In this document: positions 46,483 to 56,159 of the stretch, one piece after another
Numbering within the stretch: position 1 is the stretch's first letter
How the letters are laid out: every line of letters starts with the position of its first letter
Made by a program: the position numbers and the translations under genes
Notes under the pieces: model-generated
Database searches by the model: none
Seen by the model: the letters and a program-made list of their open reading frames with translations, nothing else
What the model was told of the DNA's origin: nothing
Source of the DNA: Clostridiaceae bacterium
Lineage (GTDB): Bacteria; Bacillota; Clostridia; Saccharofermentanales; Saccharofermentanaceae
Length of the DNA: 64,000 nt
Direction: 5' to 3'
Assembly (NCBI GenBank): GCA_012728275.1
Contig: JAAYFK010000049.1
Coordinates: 77,163-141,162 of the forward strand

Positions 46483-48369
46483 TTAACCTTCCAACGGAAT
46501 TGGTCTGTTGCTGTCATATACAGTTGTGACATCCAACATTCTTGACAAGTCATACGTTCTTAGTGTTTGACCGTTCAATAATGTTCTATCGTAGTAAAGG
46601 TAATTTATTCCATATGTGTAGTAGGCTTGTGATCCGATTCCAAAGAAAATTCTAAATCCAATAGACTTAAGATACTCAGCTCTGCTATCTGTTCCATTAA
46701 TGAAATTACCATTGGGATATACTAACATGTGGATATTTCCACCGAGTAATACACCTATCTGTTCATTCCACTTTGTAATGTCCTCCGTTATCGTCTCAAT
46801 ATCCGATGCCTCAGCATTGATATTTCCATAAGTAGACGAGGCAAATTTCCAACCATAATCCAACAATACCTCCGCTATTCTACTTACGGTCTCACAATTA
46901 CTTTGAATCTGAGCTTCAGTATAGTCGATAGCTGGATATCCAATAGCTCCAAAAGCCGAATTTCTATCATCAACTTCATCTTGATTGACAACATATCCAA
47001 AGCAAGACTCATATCCACAAACAGAAATTACACCCTTAACTCCATTGAATGAGAAATCCGGATGCATCTCTACAAACTCATCAAGAATTCCAATGGCCTC
47101 AGCATCTCTACTAATCATTGCTTGACCATCGCTATTTCTATATTGACCACATACTTGCCCTTGATCGTTCAATACTAAGCTCTCACACACTCCTGTTTCA
47201 TATTGAATAGCAGGATAATCAAGTGCCTCAATAATAATAATAACAGGTTTTTTCCCATCAGGAACTACAAGATTTTGCTCAACAAGATAATCCGTGGAAG
47301 ATAAATCTACTAATCCTTCAGCATCAACTAAAACATAATCGTTAGCATATAGATTCTCAAGAACAGCTAGAAACTCGTCACAAGTCAAATGCAAGTCACT
47401 TCCAGAACCAGAAATGCTAGTATCAAAAGCTTGTGATTCATCAACAATCAGATTAGATATCGACAAAACTTCAACTGGTCCAAGATACTCAGAAACGGGT
47501 TGAGTATTTGAAGTCGCCTCGAGTAAGTCGGCGCCAATTCGTTCATCTTCAGGAAATATCGCTGCCAAGTCAGAAAGAAGTTCTTCAGCAGAATAATATT
47601 GAAATCTCTCAAGCATATGCTCGCCTTCTTGTAGCATTGGCTCATACATCTCTTCCTTTATTTCATTGACTCGATCAACAGAATAATCATAAACAAAACC
47701 ATCATACGTCTCAGATACATCCAAATAAGTTGTTACTGCCGAAATATAATCGCCATTTAGAAGGCTACTCTCTGCTGATTGGACAAGTCCGCGAGCAACC
47801 TCAATTCTATCTACCTCCATCAGAAGTGACGAGGCAGTCGCTGATATGTTAGTAATAGTTACTAGCTGCTCGAAAATAAACGATACATCCGGTTTTTCGA
47901 TACTACCAAGAAGAAAATCTTCACACAGCGAGTAAAGCCAGTCTGACATAAGAGAACCCGTTAATTCCTGCATTCCGTTCAAGAACGCCAAGTCAGATAC
48001 AGAAAGCACATACCTCTCATTTCGAATGCGCTCTTGAAGAGCTGTTACTCTTTCAGAAACAATGGTAGTCATCGAGTTCAACATTTCCATTTGAAATTCA
48101 TACGAGTCGCGTTCGCTTGCATCGGAAGCAACAACTTCATCATAAATACCTCTATAAATCGATATAGCCTTCTCGTAATCTCCGGAATCCAATGCCTCCG
48201 AAAAAGAGTTCAGAACTTGAGCATTCTGACGATTCTTCTTATCAATATTGACGAATACTATAATTGAGGCAACAAGTGATAGAACACACATTATTACTAT
48301 CGCCTTCTGAGTTAATGTGTAACCTTTGCGTTCTCTTGTAATGTCTTCAAAAGATAAAAAGCTGTTCAA
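46483..48369 (-). CDS. Membrane-anchored polysaccharide-deacetylase-like protein with degenerate active site
   Basis: N-terminal TM, helical region, then NodB-like barrel (KKPVIIIIEALDY, HPDFSFNGVKG, GWKFASSTYGN, VYPNG). Confidence 0.75.
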   Translation of the reverse strand: MNSFLSFEDITRERKGYTLTQKAIVIMCVLSLVASIIVFVNIDKKNRQNAQVLNSFSEALDSGDYEKAISIYRGIYDEVVASDASERDSYEFQMEMLNSMTTIVSERVTALQERIRNERYVLSVSDLAFLNGMQELTGSLMSDWLYSLCEDFLLGSIEKPDVSFIFEQLVTITNISATASSLLMEVDRIEVARGLVQSAESSLLNGDYISAVTTYLDVSETYDGFVYDYSVDRVNEIKEEMYEPMLQEGEHMLERFQYYSAEELLSDLAAIFPEDERIGADLLEATSNTQPVSEYLGPVEVLSISNLIVDESQAFDTSISGSGSDLHLTCDEFLAVLENLYANDYVLVDAEGLVDLSSTDYLVEQNLVVPDGKKPVIIIIEALDYPAIQYETGVCESLVLNDQGQVCGQYRNSDGQAMISRDAEAIGILDEFVEMHPDFSFNGVKGVISVCGYESCFGYVVNQDEVDDRNSAFGAIGYPAIDYTEAQIQSNCETVSRIAEVLLDYGWKFASSTYGNINAEASDIETITEDITKWNEQIGVLLGGNIHMLVYPNGNFINGTDSRAEYLKSIGFRIFFGIGSQAYYTYGINYLYYDRTLLNGQTLRTYDLSRMLDVTTVYDSNRPIPLEG

Positions 48370-50631
48370 TTACAAGCCCTCTATTCCAATCTGTTTACTC
48401 TCAAAAGAGTCTTCCTTAATATAATATCCTATCGCAGGTACTTTACGAATACGATAGTATTCTGGATCAACAATTCCCTTCTCTTCAAGAGATACTATCT
48501 CCGTCATCTCTGAGCCTCGTTTAGAGACAAGAAGTTGAACTCCTTGTGTAGTACGTGTGGTCTTTTCTGGAATCAACGATGATTTGAAAACTACTGCCTT
48601 ATTAAGAGAGCTTCTTGCTACCATATCAGGGTCTGCATTATTCTCGAGGAATATAAACGAAACCGCAGTTGAACCATCATAGAATGCTTTAAGAAGCTTT
48701 TTTCTGTTCTGTTTCGTCTCATATACATTCAACGGGAAGATAGCTGCCTTACCATTTTTGAATCCTATCATCAGTCTTCCCGAATAGTCCGTAGTGACAA
48801 TCATATGAACAATCTTCTCCCCTTCCTCTAGTTCAAGCTCGTTTTGGAGAAAATATCCGAATTCACTAGGCTTAGTGTCAGCAAATTGATACGTGTTCGC
48901 CTTATAAACATTGCAATTACTAGTAAAGAATAAGATATCGCTCTTATTCGTAACTTCAACATCTATCATTATCTCGTCATCGTCTTTAATCTTTAAATCC
49001 CCGGCATTGCGAATTGAAGTTAGCGCAAGTTTCTTAAGATATCCATGACGTGTAAGCATAAGACGCAATCTGTAGTCACTAATACTGTTTTCTACACTAT
49101 AACTTTCAACACTATCAATAGTAACGATTTCAGAACGTCGTGGCTTGCCATATTTTTTCGAAATATCCTTAATTTCATCAACAATTATCTTGTCGATTCG
49201 ACTAGGTTTCTTTAAGATATCCTCCACATCAGCAATGTCATCAATGAGTTTCTGCTTATCAGCTAAACGATTCATAATATATTGCTTATTAATATTACGA
49301 AGTTTAATCTCGGCAACAAACTCCGCTTGCATCTTATCGATGGAGAATCCCTTCATTAAATTCGGTACTACGTCCTCTTCTAATTCGGTCTCTCTAATAA
49401 TCTTAATTGCTTTATCAATATCCAACAGAATGACTGCTAGACCATCCAACAAATGAAGTCTTGCTTGCTTCTTCCCTAATTCAAACCTCAATTGTCTCGA
49501 AATACATCCTCTTCTCCACATTAACCATTCGTCAAGAATTCTCGAGACTCCGAGCACCATAGGATATCCATTAATAAGTATATTAAAATTGCACGAGAAT
49601 GTATCTTGAAGCTTAGTAAAACGAAACAGCTTCGTCATCAAGGCATCATGATCCGTTCCTCTTTTGCAGTCTATAGTAATCTTCAGTCCATCCAAATCGG
49701 TCTCATCACGTACATCACTAATCTCCTTAAGTTTGCCAGTCTTAACCAAGTCAGTAATTCCATCAATAATGGCTTCCGTACATGTTGAGAAAGGTATCTC
49801 TCTAATCTCTATAAGGTTATTCTTCTTATCTGAGACATACTTACTTCTAATTACTACAGCGCCCTTGCCAGTCTCATAGATTTGTCGCATTTGTTCCCTG
49901 TCATACAGAATCTGTCCTCCTCCCGAAAAGTCAGGAGCCGGCATGTAGTCCAACAAATCGACTTTACTATCCTTCATATATGCAATAGTTGCTTCGCAAA
50001 CCTCTGTTAGGTTAAACGAGCAAATATTAGAAGCCATTCCAACAGCAATACCTTGATTACTATTTACAAGAACAGAGGGAAAAGCAGCAGGAAGAAGTAT
50101 AGGTTCCTTCAGAGTGCCATCATAGTTATCAACCATCTCGACGGCATCTTTATCAATACCTTTAAAAAGCTCTTCGCAAAGCTTCTCCAGTCTTACCTCT
50201 GTATATCTTGGAGCAGCGCTTTGCATATCACGTGAGTAATTCTTACCAAAATTACCTTTAGAATCAACATACGGATGCAAAAGAGCCCCGTTGCCTCGAG
50301 TCATACGAACCATCGTATCGTATATAGCCATATCACCATGAGGGTTAAGCTTCATCGTTTGACCAACAACGTTAGCAGATTTCGTTCTATTACCAGAAAG
50401 TAATCCCATCTTATACATAGTGTACAAGAGCTTACGATGAGATGGTTTGAACCCGTCAATTTCAGGAATAGCTCTGGATACTATTACGCTCATAGCATAA
50501 GGCATGTAATTGACTTCAAGCATCTCAGTGATTGGCTGATTTTGAGGTATAGTATCTACAGCATCTTTATCGGTAAGACGCAGTTTAAGGGAATCTTCAT
50601 TAATATTGTCTTCGCTTTTCTTTCGTGCCAT
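48370..50631 (-). CDS. Type IIA topoisomerase subunit A (ParC/topo IV-like; no GyrA-box)
   Basis: RAIPEIDGFKPSHR, PHGD, AAPRYTE (catalytic Tyr), GIAVGMA; no QRRGGKG in the C-terminal domain. Confidence 0.92.
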   Translation of the reverse strand: MARKKSEDNINEDSLKLRLTDKDAVDTIPQNQPITEMLEVNYMPYAMSVIVSRAIPEIDGFKPSHRKLLYTMYKMGLLSGNRTKSANVVGQTMKLNPHGDMAIYDTMVRMTRGNGALLHPYVDSKGNFGKNYSRDMQSAAPRYTEVRLEKLCEELFKGIDKDAVEMVDNYDGTLKEPILLPAAFPSVLVNSNQGIAVGMASNICSFNLTEVCEATIAYMKDSKVDLLDYMPAPDFSGGGQILYDREQMRQIYETGKGAVVIRSKYVSDKKNNLIEIREIPFSTCTEAIIDGITDLVKTGKLKEISDVRDETDLDGLKITIDCKRGTDHDALMTKLFRFTKLQDTFSCNFNILINGYPMVLGVSRILDEWLMWRRGCISRQLRFELGKKQARLHLLDGLAVILLDIDKAIKIIRETELEEDVVPNLMKGFSIDKMQAEFVAEIKLRNINKQYIMNRLADKQKLIDDIADVEDILKKPSRIDKIIVDEIKDISKKYGKPRRSEIVTIDSVESYSVENSISDYRLRLMLTRHGYLKKLALTSIRNAGDLKIKDDDEIMIDVEVTNKSDILFFTSNCNVYKANTYQFADTKPSEFGYFLQNELELEEGEKIVHMIVTTDYSGRLMIGFKNGKAAIFPLNVYETKQNRKKLLKAFYDGSTAVSFIFLENNADPDMVARSSLNKAVVFKSSLIPEKTTRTTQGVQLLVSKRGSEMTEIVSLEEKGIVDPEYYRIRKVPAIGYYIKEDSFESKQIGIEGL

Positions 50632-50658
50632 TTCCTACTCCAAAAAAATCATATTTAA

Positions 50659-52650
50659 TCAGATATCAAGCATATCCAGGTACAAATGACCACTATTTTC
50701 GATATGCGACTTACGACCAGCAAGATTGTCACCTAGAAGTAAATCAAAAATCTCAGCCGTCTTCTTCGCATCTTCAGGGCAAATCTTAATTAATCTTCTC
50801 GACTTAGGATTCATCGTAGTTTGCCACATCATTTCAGGCTCGTTCTCACCAAGTCCCTTTGATCGTTGAATATACAAACAAGAATTATCATATTTAGCAA
50901 GAATTTCAGCTTTCTCCTTCTCATTAAAAGCAAATAGCGTCTTCTCCTCTTCCTTCTTGCTCTTTGGCTTATAAGTAATTTCGAAAAGAGGTGACTCCGC
51001 GACATATACATAGCCCTTCTCAATAAGCGTAGGCATCAGGCGATATATCATAGCTAGTATAAGCGTTCTGATTTGGAATCCATCAACATCTGCATCAGTA
51101 CAAATGATAACTTTGTTCCAACGAAGTGACTCCAAACTAAAAGCACTCAAATCCTTCGTATGCTTACGTTCTATCTCTACCCCACATCCTAGCACCTTCA
51201 CCAGGTCGGTAATAATCTCACTCTTAAATATCGCATCATAATCAGCCTTCAGACAATTCAGTATCTTTCCTCTAACAGGCATTATACCTTGGAATTCAGC
51301 ATCTCGACCTAGCTTTACTGCACCTAAAGCCGAATCTCCCTCAACGATATATATTTCTCTTTTTGAAACATCACGAGATCTGCAATCGACAAACTTCTTA
51401 ATGCGATTGTTAATGTCAATACTTCCCATGAACTTCTTCTTGAGATTGACTCTTGTCTTCTCGGCATTCTCACGAGATCTCTTGTTGATAAGCATTTGCT
51501 CAACAACCTTGTCTCCAAGCATCTTATTCTCAATAAACCAAATCTCAAGCTGAGACTTAATTAGGTCAGTCATAAAATCTTGAACAAACTTGTTATTAAT
51601 TGCCTTCTTAGTCTGATTCTCATAAGAGGTTTGTGTCGAGAAGGTGTTAGTTACGAGAATCAAAGAATCAGCGACATCCTGGAAAGTAATCTTTGACTCA
51701 TTCGCCTTATATTTTTCTCTTTGCCTTATCTGCTTATCAATTACAGATACAAAAGCGTTACGTACCGCCTTATCAGGTGAACCTCCATGCTCGAGAAAGC
51801 TAGAATTGTGATAGTATTCGAGGACATTTATTTCATTATTAAAACAGAACGCAACCTCAGCTTTGACTTTATAATCATCACGGTCTTCCTTGTCTCTGCC
51901 CTTACCCTGACTCTCGAAAAAACAAGGTTCGGTAATACCCTTCATCTCGCTTAATTCCTGGCAATAACCTTTTATTCCTTCCGGATAGCTAAAAGTGTAC
52001 TCTTCTCCAGTGGCATCATCCTTTAAAACAAACTCAATTCCACTATTAACGACAGACTGGCGCTTAATTGTTTCCTTGAAGCTATCAATGGGGATTAAAG
52101 TCTCCGTGAACACATCATTATCAGGCTTCCAGCGCTGAACCGTACCAGTTCTCTTGAATCTATATGGCTCCTTCTCCAAGGATCCACAAACCTCACCCTT
52201 CTTAAAACTCAAGTGATACTTAAATCCATCACGAAAAACAGTAACATCAAAATATTCGGACGCATATTGAGTAGCACAAGCACCCAAACCATTCAAACCA
52301 AGTGAGAACTCATAGTTTCCTTGCATATTGTTCTGATATTTACCACCAGCATATAATTCACAATATACAAGCTCCCAGTTGTACCTATTCTCCTTTAAGT
52401 TGAAATCCAACGGAATACCTCTGCCGAAATCCTCTACCTCAAGAGAACCGTCACTGAATCTGGTAATCTTAATGCTCTTACCATATCCCTCTCTTGCTTC
52501 ATCTATTGAATTTGACAGGATTTCGAAAAAAGAATGAATACATCCTTCTAGATTATCTGAACCGAATATAACTGCAGGGCGCTTACGAACACGATCAGCT
52601 CCCTTAAGCATAGAAATACTCTCATTATTGTAAACTGGTTTGGACGACAT
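50659..52650 (-). CDS. Type IIA topoisomerase subunit B (ParE/GyrB family)
   Basis: RVRKRPA, EILSNSIDE, DFGRGIP, EGDSALG, PVRGKIL, TDADVDG, RSKGLGE. Confidence 0.93.
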   Translation of the reverse strand: MSSKPVYNNESISMLKGADRVRKRPAVIFGSDNLEGCIHSFFEILSNSIDEAREGYGKSIKITRFSDGSLEVEDFGRGIPLDFNLKENRYNWELVYCELYAGGKYQNNMQGNYEFSLGLNGLGACATQYASEYFDVTVFRDGFKYHLSFKKGEVCGSLEKEPYRFKRTGTVQRWKPDNDVFTETLIPIDSFKETIKRQSVVNSGIEFVLKDDATGEEYTFSYPEGIKGYCQELSEMKGITEPCFFESQGKGRDKEDRDDYKVKAEVAFCFNNEINVLEYYHNSSFLEHGGSPDKAVRNAFVSVIDKQIRQREKYKANESKITFQDVADSLILVTNTFSTQTSYENQTKKAINNKFVQDFMTDLIKSQLEIWFIENKMLGDKVVEQMLINKRSRENAEKTRVNLKKKFMGSIDINNRIKKFVDCRSRDVSKREIYIVEGDSALGAVKLGRDAEFQGIMPVRGKILNCLKADYDAIFKSEIITDLVKVLGCGVEIERKHTKDLSAFSLESLRWNKVIICTDADVDGFQIRTLILAMIYRLMPTLIEKGYVYVAESPLFEITYKPKSKKEEEKTLFAFNEKEKAEILAKYDNSCLYIQRSKGLGENEPEMMWQTTMNPKSRRLIKICPEDAKKTAEIFDLLLGDNLAGRKSHIENSGHLYLDMLDI

Positions 52651-52701
52651 ACTAACCCCCGAGTGAAGATTTCGAATAATTATAGCATAAAGTATGTTCT
52701 A

Positions 52702-54048
52702 TTATTTACTCGATAAAGTCTCATAATTCTCAGAATAAGGAATCACTATTGGGCGTTGTCTCTTTACTATTTTAATCAATTCAACAACAGTATCTTTAGT
52801 TATTACCACGAATATAAACGTAGCAAACACTCCGCAAATGAATCGATTAACACTCAAAGCTTGATTTTGAAAATATATAGGGAATACATAGAAAGGGAAA
52901 ATTGGAATTGAGAATATGAAGTAGAGATAGTCTTTCAAATAAATCTGCTTTTCAAACATCATCATCAACATAGGAATCAACAAGAAAACCAGTGAGTAGT
53001 GTCCACTACAACCTGGGATGTTCAGCATCATAATTACAACAGCAAATACCTTTTGCCACTTCTTTGGAAGTACAAAAATAGCAAGTAAACAGATAAACAC
53101 AGGTACTACAACAAAAATTAGATTTATGATTGGAGAGAGCTCTCCAATTCTGTGAAATATGGTCATAATAATATAATAAATGGATTTTACGGAGTTGACT
53201 TCAATAAAGGAGTTTGAAGCGTTTTTGTCTGAAGAAAACCTAATAATGTTTTTAATCCAATATAGAGCACCATAATCTGATCCAAAGAACAATGAAGGAA
53301 TTATTACCGTCATTATTCCTCCTATCGCCGCCTTAACAGCTGTCTTGTACTGCTTGTTTGTTAATAGAAGTAACCCAAATACCGCTGGATATAGTTTAAT
53401 ACCAGCTGCTAATACTAATGCAATTATCGCGATAATTCTTATTTTCTTATCTTCATTATCAAAATAGAAAACAAAAATCATAGTAAATACGTAAGCCGCT
53501 AGGACAATATTACCTCTCTCAAATAAATAGAAAAATGGAGCATTAAATACACTAAAGAAAATAAGAACAAACTTCAAACTTCTGCCATTCTTCTGATATC
53601 TCGTCAAAGTTGCAACGAGAATTACAACTAATGCAACAGTTGAATAAAAAAACATCATCATCGATGATACATCAGTGTATATATCGAGTTTATTTTCTGA
53701 CAGAGCATTGTTACTAACATCAGTTGCAAATCTCGAACAAAACAAATAAAACAAATTTGCTAATGGAGGATATATAACGCCTCGCTCAGAGTAGCATTCC
53801 ATTCCTTGCGAAGCATCTCTTACAGAATTAAAGAAGTCCATAAAAATATCTTCACCACTTTTATAGAAATAGAAAGAATAGAATACTTCGCCCTTTATAC
53901 AACAAATTGTAAGGAAAGAAACTATAGAAATAACCATAGTAGCTATAAAAATTAGTTCAGTACGATTCTGTGACAAACAATACTCAAGAAAATCAGCAAC
54001 GCTATTCTTACGGTTTCGTATAATCTGAAGATTATTAGCCTTAGACAT
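52702..54048 (-). CDS. GT87/DUF2029-like polyprenyl-dependent membrane glycosyltransferase
   Basis: YPPLANLF, LFERGNIV, GIKLYPAVFG; many TM helices; GGAGGA RBS before MSKAN. Confidence 0.75.
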   Translation of the reverse strand: MSKANNLQIIRNRKNSVADFLEYCLSQNRTELIFIATMVISIVSFLTICCIKGEVFYSFYFYKSGEDIFMDFFNSVRDASQGMECYSERGVIYPPLANLFYLFCSRFATDVSNNALSENKLDIYTDVSSMMMFFYSTVALVVILVATLTRYQKNGRSLKFVLIFFSVFNAPFFYLFERGNIVLAAYVFTMIFVFYFDNEDKKIRIIAIIALVLAAGIKLYPAVFGLLLLTNKQYKTAVKAAIGGIMTVIIPSLFFGSDYGALYWIKNIIRFSSDKNASNSFIEVNSVKSIYYIIMTIFHRIGELSPIINLIFVVVPVFICLLAIFVLPKKWQKVFAVVIMMLNIPGCSGHYSLVFLLIPMLMMMFEKQIYLKDYLYFIFSIPIFPFYVFPIYFQNQALSVNRFICGVFATFIFVVITKDTVVELIKIVKRQRPIVIPYSENYETLSSK

Positions 54049-54070
54049 AGTTTCCTCCAAAAAAAAGTAT

Positions 54071-54098
54071 AAAAAAAGAATCATCTTCGCGATGATTC
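54071..54098 (-). terminator. Terminator after tRNA-Gly/Arg
   Basis: GAATCATC-N5-GATGATTC with A7 on +. Confidence 0.75.
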
Positions 54099-54101
54099 CG
54101 T

Positions 54102-54178
54102 TGGTGAGCCTAGGGGGACTCGAACCTCCGACCCACAGCTTAGAAGGCTGTTGCTCTATCCAGCTGAGCTATAGACCC
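54102..54178 (-). tRNA. tRNA-Arg(TCT)
   Basis: ACAGC-CTTCTAA-GCTGT anticodon arm, GGTTCGAGTCC, encoded CCA. Confidence 0.95.
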
Positions 54179-54206
54179 AAAATATAAACGGTGCATCGCG
54201 ATATAG

Positions 54207-54280
54207 TGGAGCGGGTGATGGGAATCGAACCCACGTGGTCAGCTTGGAAGGCTGAAGTTCTACCATTGAACTACACCCGC
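54207..54280 (-). tRNA. tRNA-Gly(TCC)
   Basis: GCGGGTG/CACCCGC acceptor stem, CTTCCAA loop, TCCA end. Confidence 0.96.
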
Positions 54281-54309
54281 ATATCTCGCGTGCACCAAAA
54301 TGCTTAAAC

Positions 54310-54338
54310 ATATTACATCACACGCAAGAAATTGTCTA
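54310..54338 (-). promoter_or_regulatory. Sigma-A promoter of tRNA-Gly/Arg
   Basis: TAGACA-N17-TAATAT. Confidence 0.65.
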
Positions 54339-54352
54339 TATCTATTTTACAA

Positions 54353-54802
54353 TTAATTCAAACTAGCAGAGCTTGGCGTCTCGGTGACAAAATCACCTGA
54401 AACATAGAAACCGTCAACCGTCTTATACCAACCGGAGTCGGTAACAGCAACAACAATTACTTCCATATCACTAGTTAATGTACCCACAATATCATAATCC
54501 TGTCCAGGACCCGATCTTACTCTCAGATAGTTTCCTGTCGATACATATGCATATCTAACCGTCTGTTCGATAGTAGTCTCCTGCCATGAGATAGCAACAG
54601 TATTTGACGGAAGCGGTCCAGAAAAATCTGGAAGGCTTGTTGTAGATTCAGTTGTAGTAGTTGTGATTTCAGAGCTAGATTCGCTCTTAGTAGTATCCTT
54701 AGAACCGTCATTTTTACAGCCAGTGATGGAAAGGGCAAATGCGCCAACTAGTGCGATAGCAAGTACATTTCTTACAAGTAAATCCTTCTTCACTACTTTC
54801 AC
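54353..54802 (-). CDS. Lipoprotein with Thr/Ser linker and bacterial SH3 domain
   Basis: Lipobox LSITGC; YLRVRSGPGQDYDIVGTL...GWYK...FYVSGDF. Confidence 0.85.
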   Translation of the reverse strand: MKVVKKDLLVRNVLAIALVGAFALSITGCKNDGSKDTTKSESSSEITTTTTESTTSLPDFSGPLPSNTVAISWQETTIEQTVRYAYVSTGNYLRVRSGPGQDYDIVGTLTSDMEVIVVAVTDSGWYKTVDGFYVSGDFVTETPSSASLN

Positions 54803-54879
54803 CTCCGAATATTCGTATTTACACTAATAATTTATTCTATACTATTTTAAAAGAATAGTCATTGCAGGATTTGGCAAAA

Positions 54880-55467
54880 TTAAGGATTAAGTAAATAATA
54901 GGCTAAATGGTCCTCCCATTTACCATTAATATGCATATATGAATGCTTTAATCCTTCACTCTGGAAACCGCATCGTTCAAGAAGCCTAATTGATGCCCCA
55001 TTATCTGGCATGACATAAGCCTCAATACGATGAATATTCAACTCTTCAAAAGCAAAATCAACAATAGCATTAACAGCTTCCGTCATATATCCTTTGCTCG
55101 TATATTCCTTGTCAAGATGATATCCTATTGTGCATGACATCATCCCACCAAAAGCAAAATTGAATAAAGAAACCCTGCCTAATATTCGATTATGATTGCT
55201 CTTTTCGAAAATCCAAAAAGGCAACAATCTACCTTGCGAGTAGCTCTTCGCATCTGCCTTTAAGTATGATCTCTGTGCTTTTGATGTGAAATAATCATCT
55301 CCGTGAGTTTGCGACCATTTCTCGTGAAAAGCGCGATTTATTGTAAAGTAATCCGACACCAAGCTTGAATCCATAGCTTTAATTGGCGCAAGTCTTAACC
55401 TGTCAGTCTCAATTGCAAGGTATTCATCTTTATACAAACGATTTACTGAACAATATGTCTTACTCAT
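54880..55467 (-). CDS. GNAT acetyltransferase, RimJ/RimL family
   Basis: IETDRLRL, IGYHLDKEYTSKGYMTEAV, HRIEAYVMPDNGASIRLLERCGF. Confidence 0.9.
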   Translation of the reverse strand: MSKTYCSVNRLYKDEYLAIETDRLRLAPIKAMDSSLVSDYFTINRAFHEKWSQTHGDDYFTSKAQRSYLKADAKSYSQGRLLPFWIFEKSNHNRILGRVSLFNFAFGGMMSCTIGYHLDKEYTSKGYMTEAVNAIVDFAFEELNIHRIEAYVMPDNGASIRLLERCGFQSEGLKHSYMHINGKWEDHLAYYLLNP

Positions 55468-55627
55468 TATTATCAGTATCTGCTTTATTTACGAGTTTCT
55501 TATTTTTACGATATCCACGCAACAATGATCCAACAACAATTAGCAAAGAAAGTCCAAAAACAAGTACTACGGATAGAATAATACGCGTGCCAATACGCAA
55601 AAGAAATAAACTAGTAATTGTTAGCAT
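55460..55627 (-). CDS. Small (55 aa) membrane protein, below the ORF-track cutoff
   Basis: AGGAGA-N7-ATG; MLTITSLFLLRIGTRIILSVVLVFGLSLLIVVGSLLRGYRKNKKLVNKADTDNNE*; stop overlaps the GNAT start. Confidence 0.7.
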   Translation of the reverse strand: MLTITSLFLLRIGTRIILSVVLVFGLSLLIVVGSLLRGYRKNKKLVNKADTDNNE

Positions 55628-55730
55628 CTTACATTCTCCTAAAACTTACTAAATCGAGTATAAGTATTTACCTTTAATAAATCAACCAACAAAAAACCAG
55701 ATATACATAGTATACCTGGCTAATTCTTCT

Positions 55731-55806
55731 TGGTGGCTCACTGGAGGGTCGAACTCCAGACCCCTTGATTAAAAGTCAAGTGCTCTACCGACTGAGCTAG
55801 TGAACC
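55731..55806 (-). tRNA. tRNA-Lys(TTT)
   Basis: CTTGA-CTTTTAA-TCAAG anticodon arm; encoded CCA. Confidence 0.95.
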
Positions 55807-55810
55807 AAGA

Positions 55811-55885
55811 TGGTTGGGGTGGCAGGATTTGAACCTACGAGTGCGAGAGTCAAAGTCTCGTGCCTTACCCCTTGGCTACACCCCA
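55811..55885 (-). tRNA. tRNA-Gln(TTG)
   Basis: TGGGGTG/CACCCCA acceptor stem (U1-A72), CTTTGAC loop. Confidence 0.95.
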
Positions 55886-55928
55886 GTGTGACTATACTTT
55901 CATATAATCGTCAAAATAAAAGGGAAAG

Positions 55929-56006
55929 TGGGGTGGGATATGGGACTCGAACCCACGATATCTAGTGCCACAAACTAGCGCTCTAACCAACTGAACTAAT
56001 CCCACC
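55929..56006 (-). tRNA. tRNA-His(GTG) with encoded G-1
   Basis: G-GTGGGAT/ATCCCAC-C-CCA; CTAGT-TTGTGGC-ACTAG anticodon arm. Confidence 0.95.
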
Positions 56007-56037
56007 ATAAACATATAGCCTCTTACTCAGCACGAAA

Positions 56038-56066
56038 ATTATATTAGTACAGTTCTGTATTGTCAA
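56038..56066 (-). promoter_or_regulatory. Consensus sigma-A promoter of tRNA-His/Gln/Lys
   Basis: Perfect TTGACA-N17-TATAAT. Confidence 0.85.
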
Positions 56067-56159
56067 GTTGAATTTTGAATAGACTCATTGCTTAATTAGT
56101 TACAACGTAATAGAATAAAGAAATTGATTTTTCGAGAATAAATATAAGAGGTAATTCAT

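Noticed and set aside
56067-56159. Possible ARG box upstream of argJ (TGAAT-containing stretch)
   Set aside because: Only half-site similarity in AT-rich DNA; no proper dyad
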